The notes beneath the pieces are model-generated. The model worked only from the letters and a program-made list of their open reading frames with translations, had not been told where the DNA came from and made no database searches. From Fimicolochytrium jonesii (taxonomy: Eukaryota): 20,000 bases of DNA. The stretch is from contig NW_026515682.1 in the NCBI RefSeq assembly GCF_025526975.1, forward strand, positions 680,725 to 700,724, read 5' to 3'. This document shows positions 19,531 through 20,000 of this stretch, in pieces; position 1 is the first letter of the stretch; each line of letters begins with the position of its first letter. The position numbers and the translations under genes are program-made.

Positions 19531-20000
19531 CAAGACCCCCTGGGTTGGGTTTTATTATTGGGTTGCCTGGAACCCTAGGGACTTAGAAATTTTCGAGTTT
19601 TCTGGCTTTTGGGTGTGTTCTACAGTTCGAATTTTTGACTCTGAGGGATGTAGTGGCGGGGGGTGTTGCGCACCTAGGCAAGTCGGGGAGGACTAGGTGT
19701 GCAAGGGCAAGTGATGGGTCATATGGGCGGTGGTGCGGGTACGGGGGGCGGCAGGGGTGCCAATAGGGGGGGGGGGTTGATATAAAGGGGACATATATGT
19801 TATATATACGTTATAGGACTTGTGCAAATTGGGATTCTTATAGTGCCGATCCGGAGTTGGCGTCCTAATTGAAAAGTTGGACCCATATCATATTCTCTAA
19901 TTGAAGTACTCTCGGATTGGCAATCCGTGCGGAAACGGCTTCAGAAACTTAGAAAAACGAAATTTTCACGCGACGGGGGTAAAAAGTTGGAAAATGTGGT

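Noticed and set aside
1..20000. Genome-wide TGA=Trp alternative genetic code
   Set aside because: TGG is used abundantly, TGA is rare inside frames and appears to end genes normally (5553, 10890), and frameshifts and truncations co-occur, which favours decay.
19531..20000. rDNA spacer or promoter after the telomere tract
   Set aside because: No rRNA sequence is recognisable within the window.

Overview
Eukaryotic, fungus-like DNA: 65-97 nt GT..AG introns with CTRAY branch points and TTAGGG telomere repeats; a chytrid-type host is plausible but is inference. The left ~15 kb reads as a partly decayed, endogenised DNA-virus-like or giant mobile element of Polinton-like-virus/virophage/NCLDV flavour. 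It holds a PrimPol-type AEP primase running off the left edge (absent from the ORF track), tightly packed intronless orphan ORFs, a five-exon BRO-N plus tyrosine-recombinase gene, a T5orf172/MUG113 GIY-YIG protein with an N-terminal TM helix, and remnants of a D5/SF3 helicase and a TVpol-like polymerase. An intact, intronless plant-type 8-Cys defensin gene lies among these genes. Several genes are broken by in-frame TGA codons. To the right are a 3-exon secreted PAN/apple-like protein gene, a second copy of an 87-aa orphan also present at 9.7 kb, and an internal (TTAGGG)17.5 tract followed by 470 bp of non-telomeric sequence. No capsid, packaging ATPase or pPolB gene is visible. All family calls come from motif recognition by eye, not from searches.
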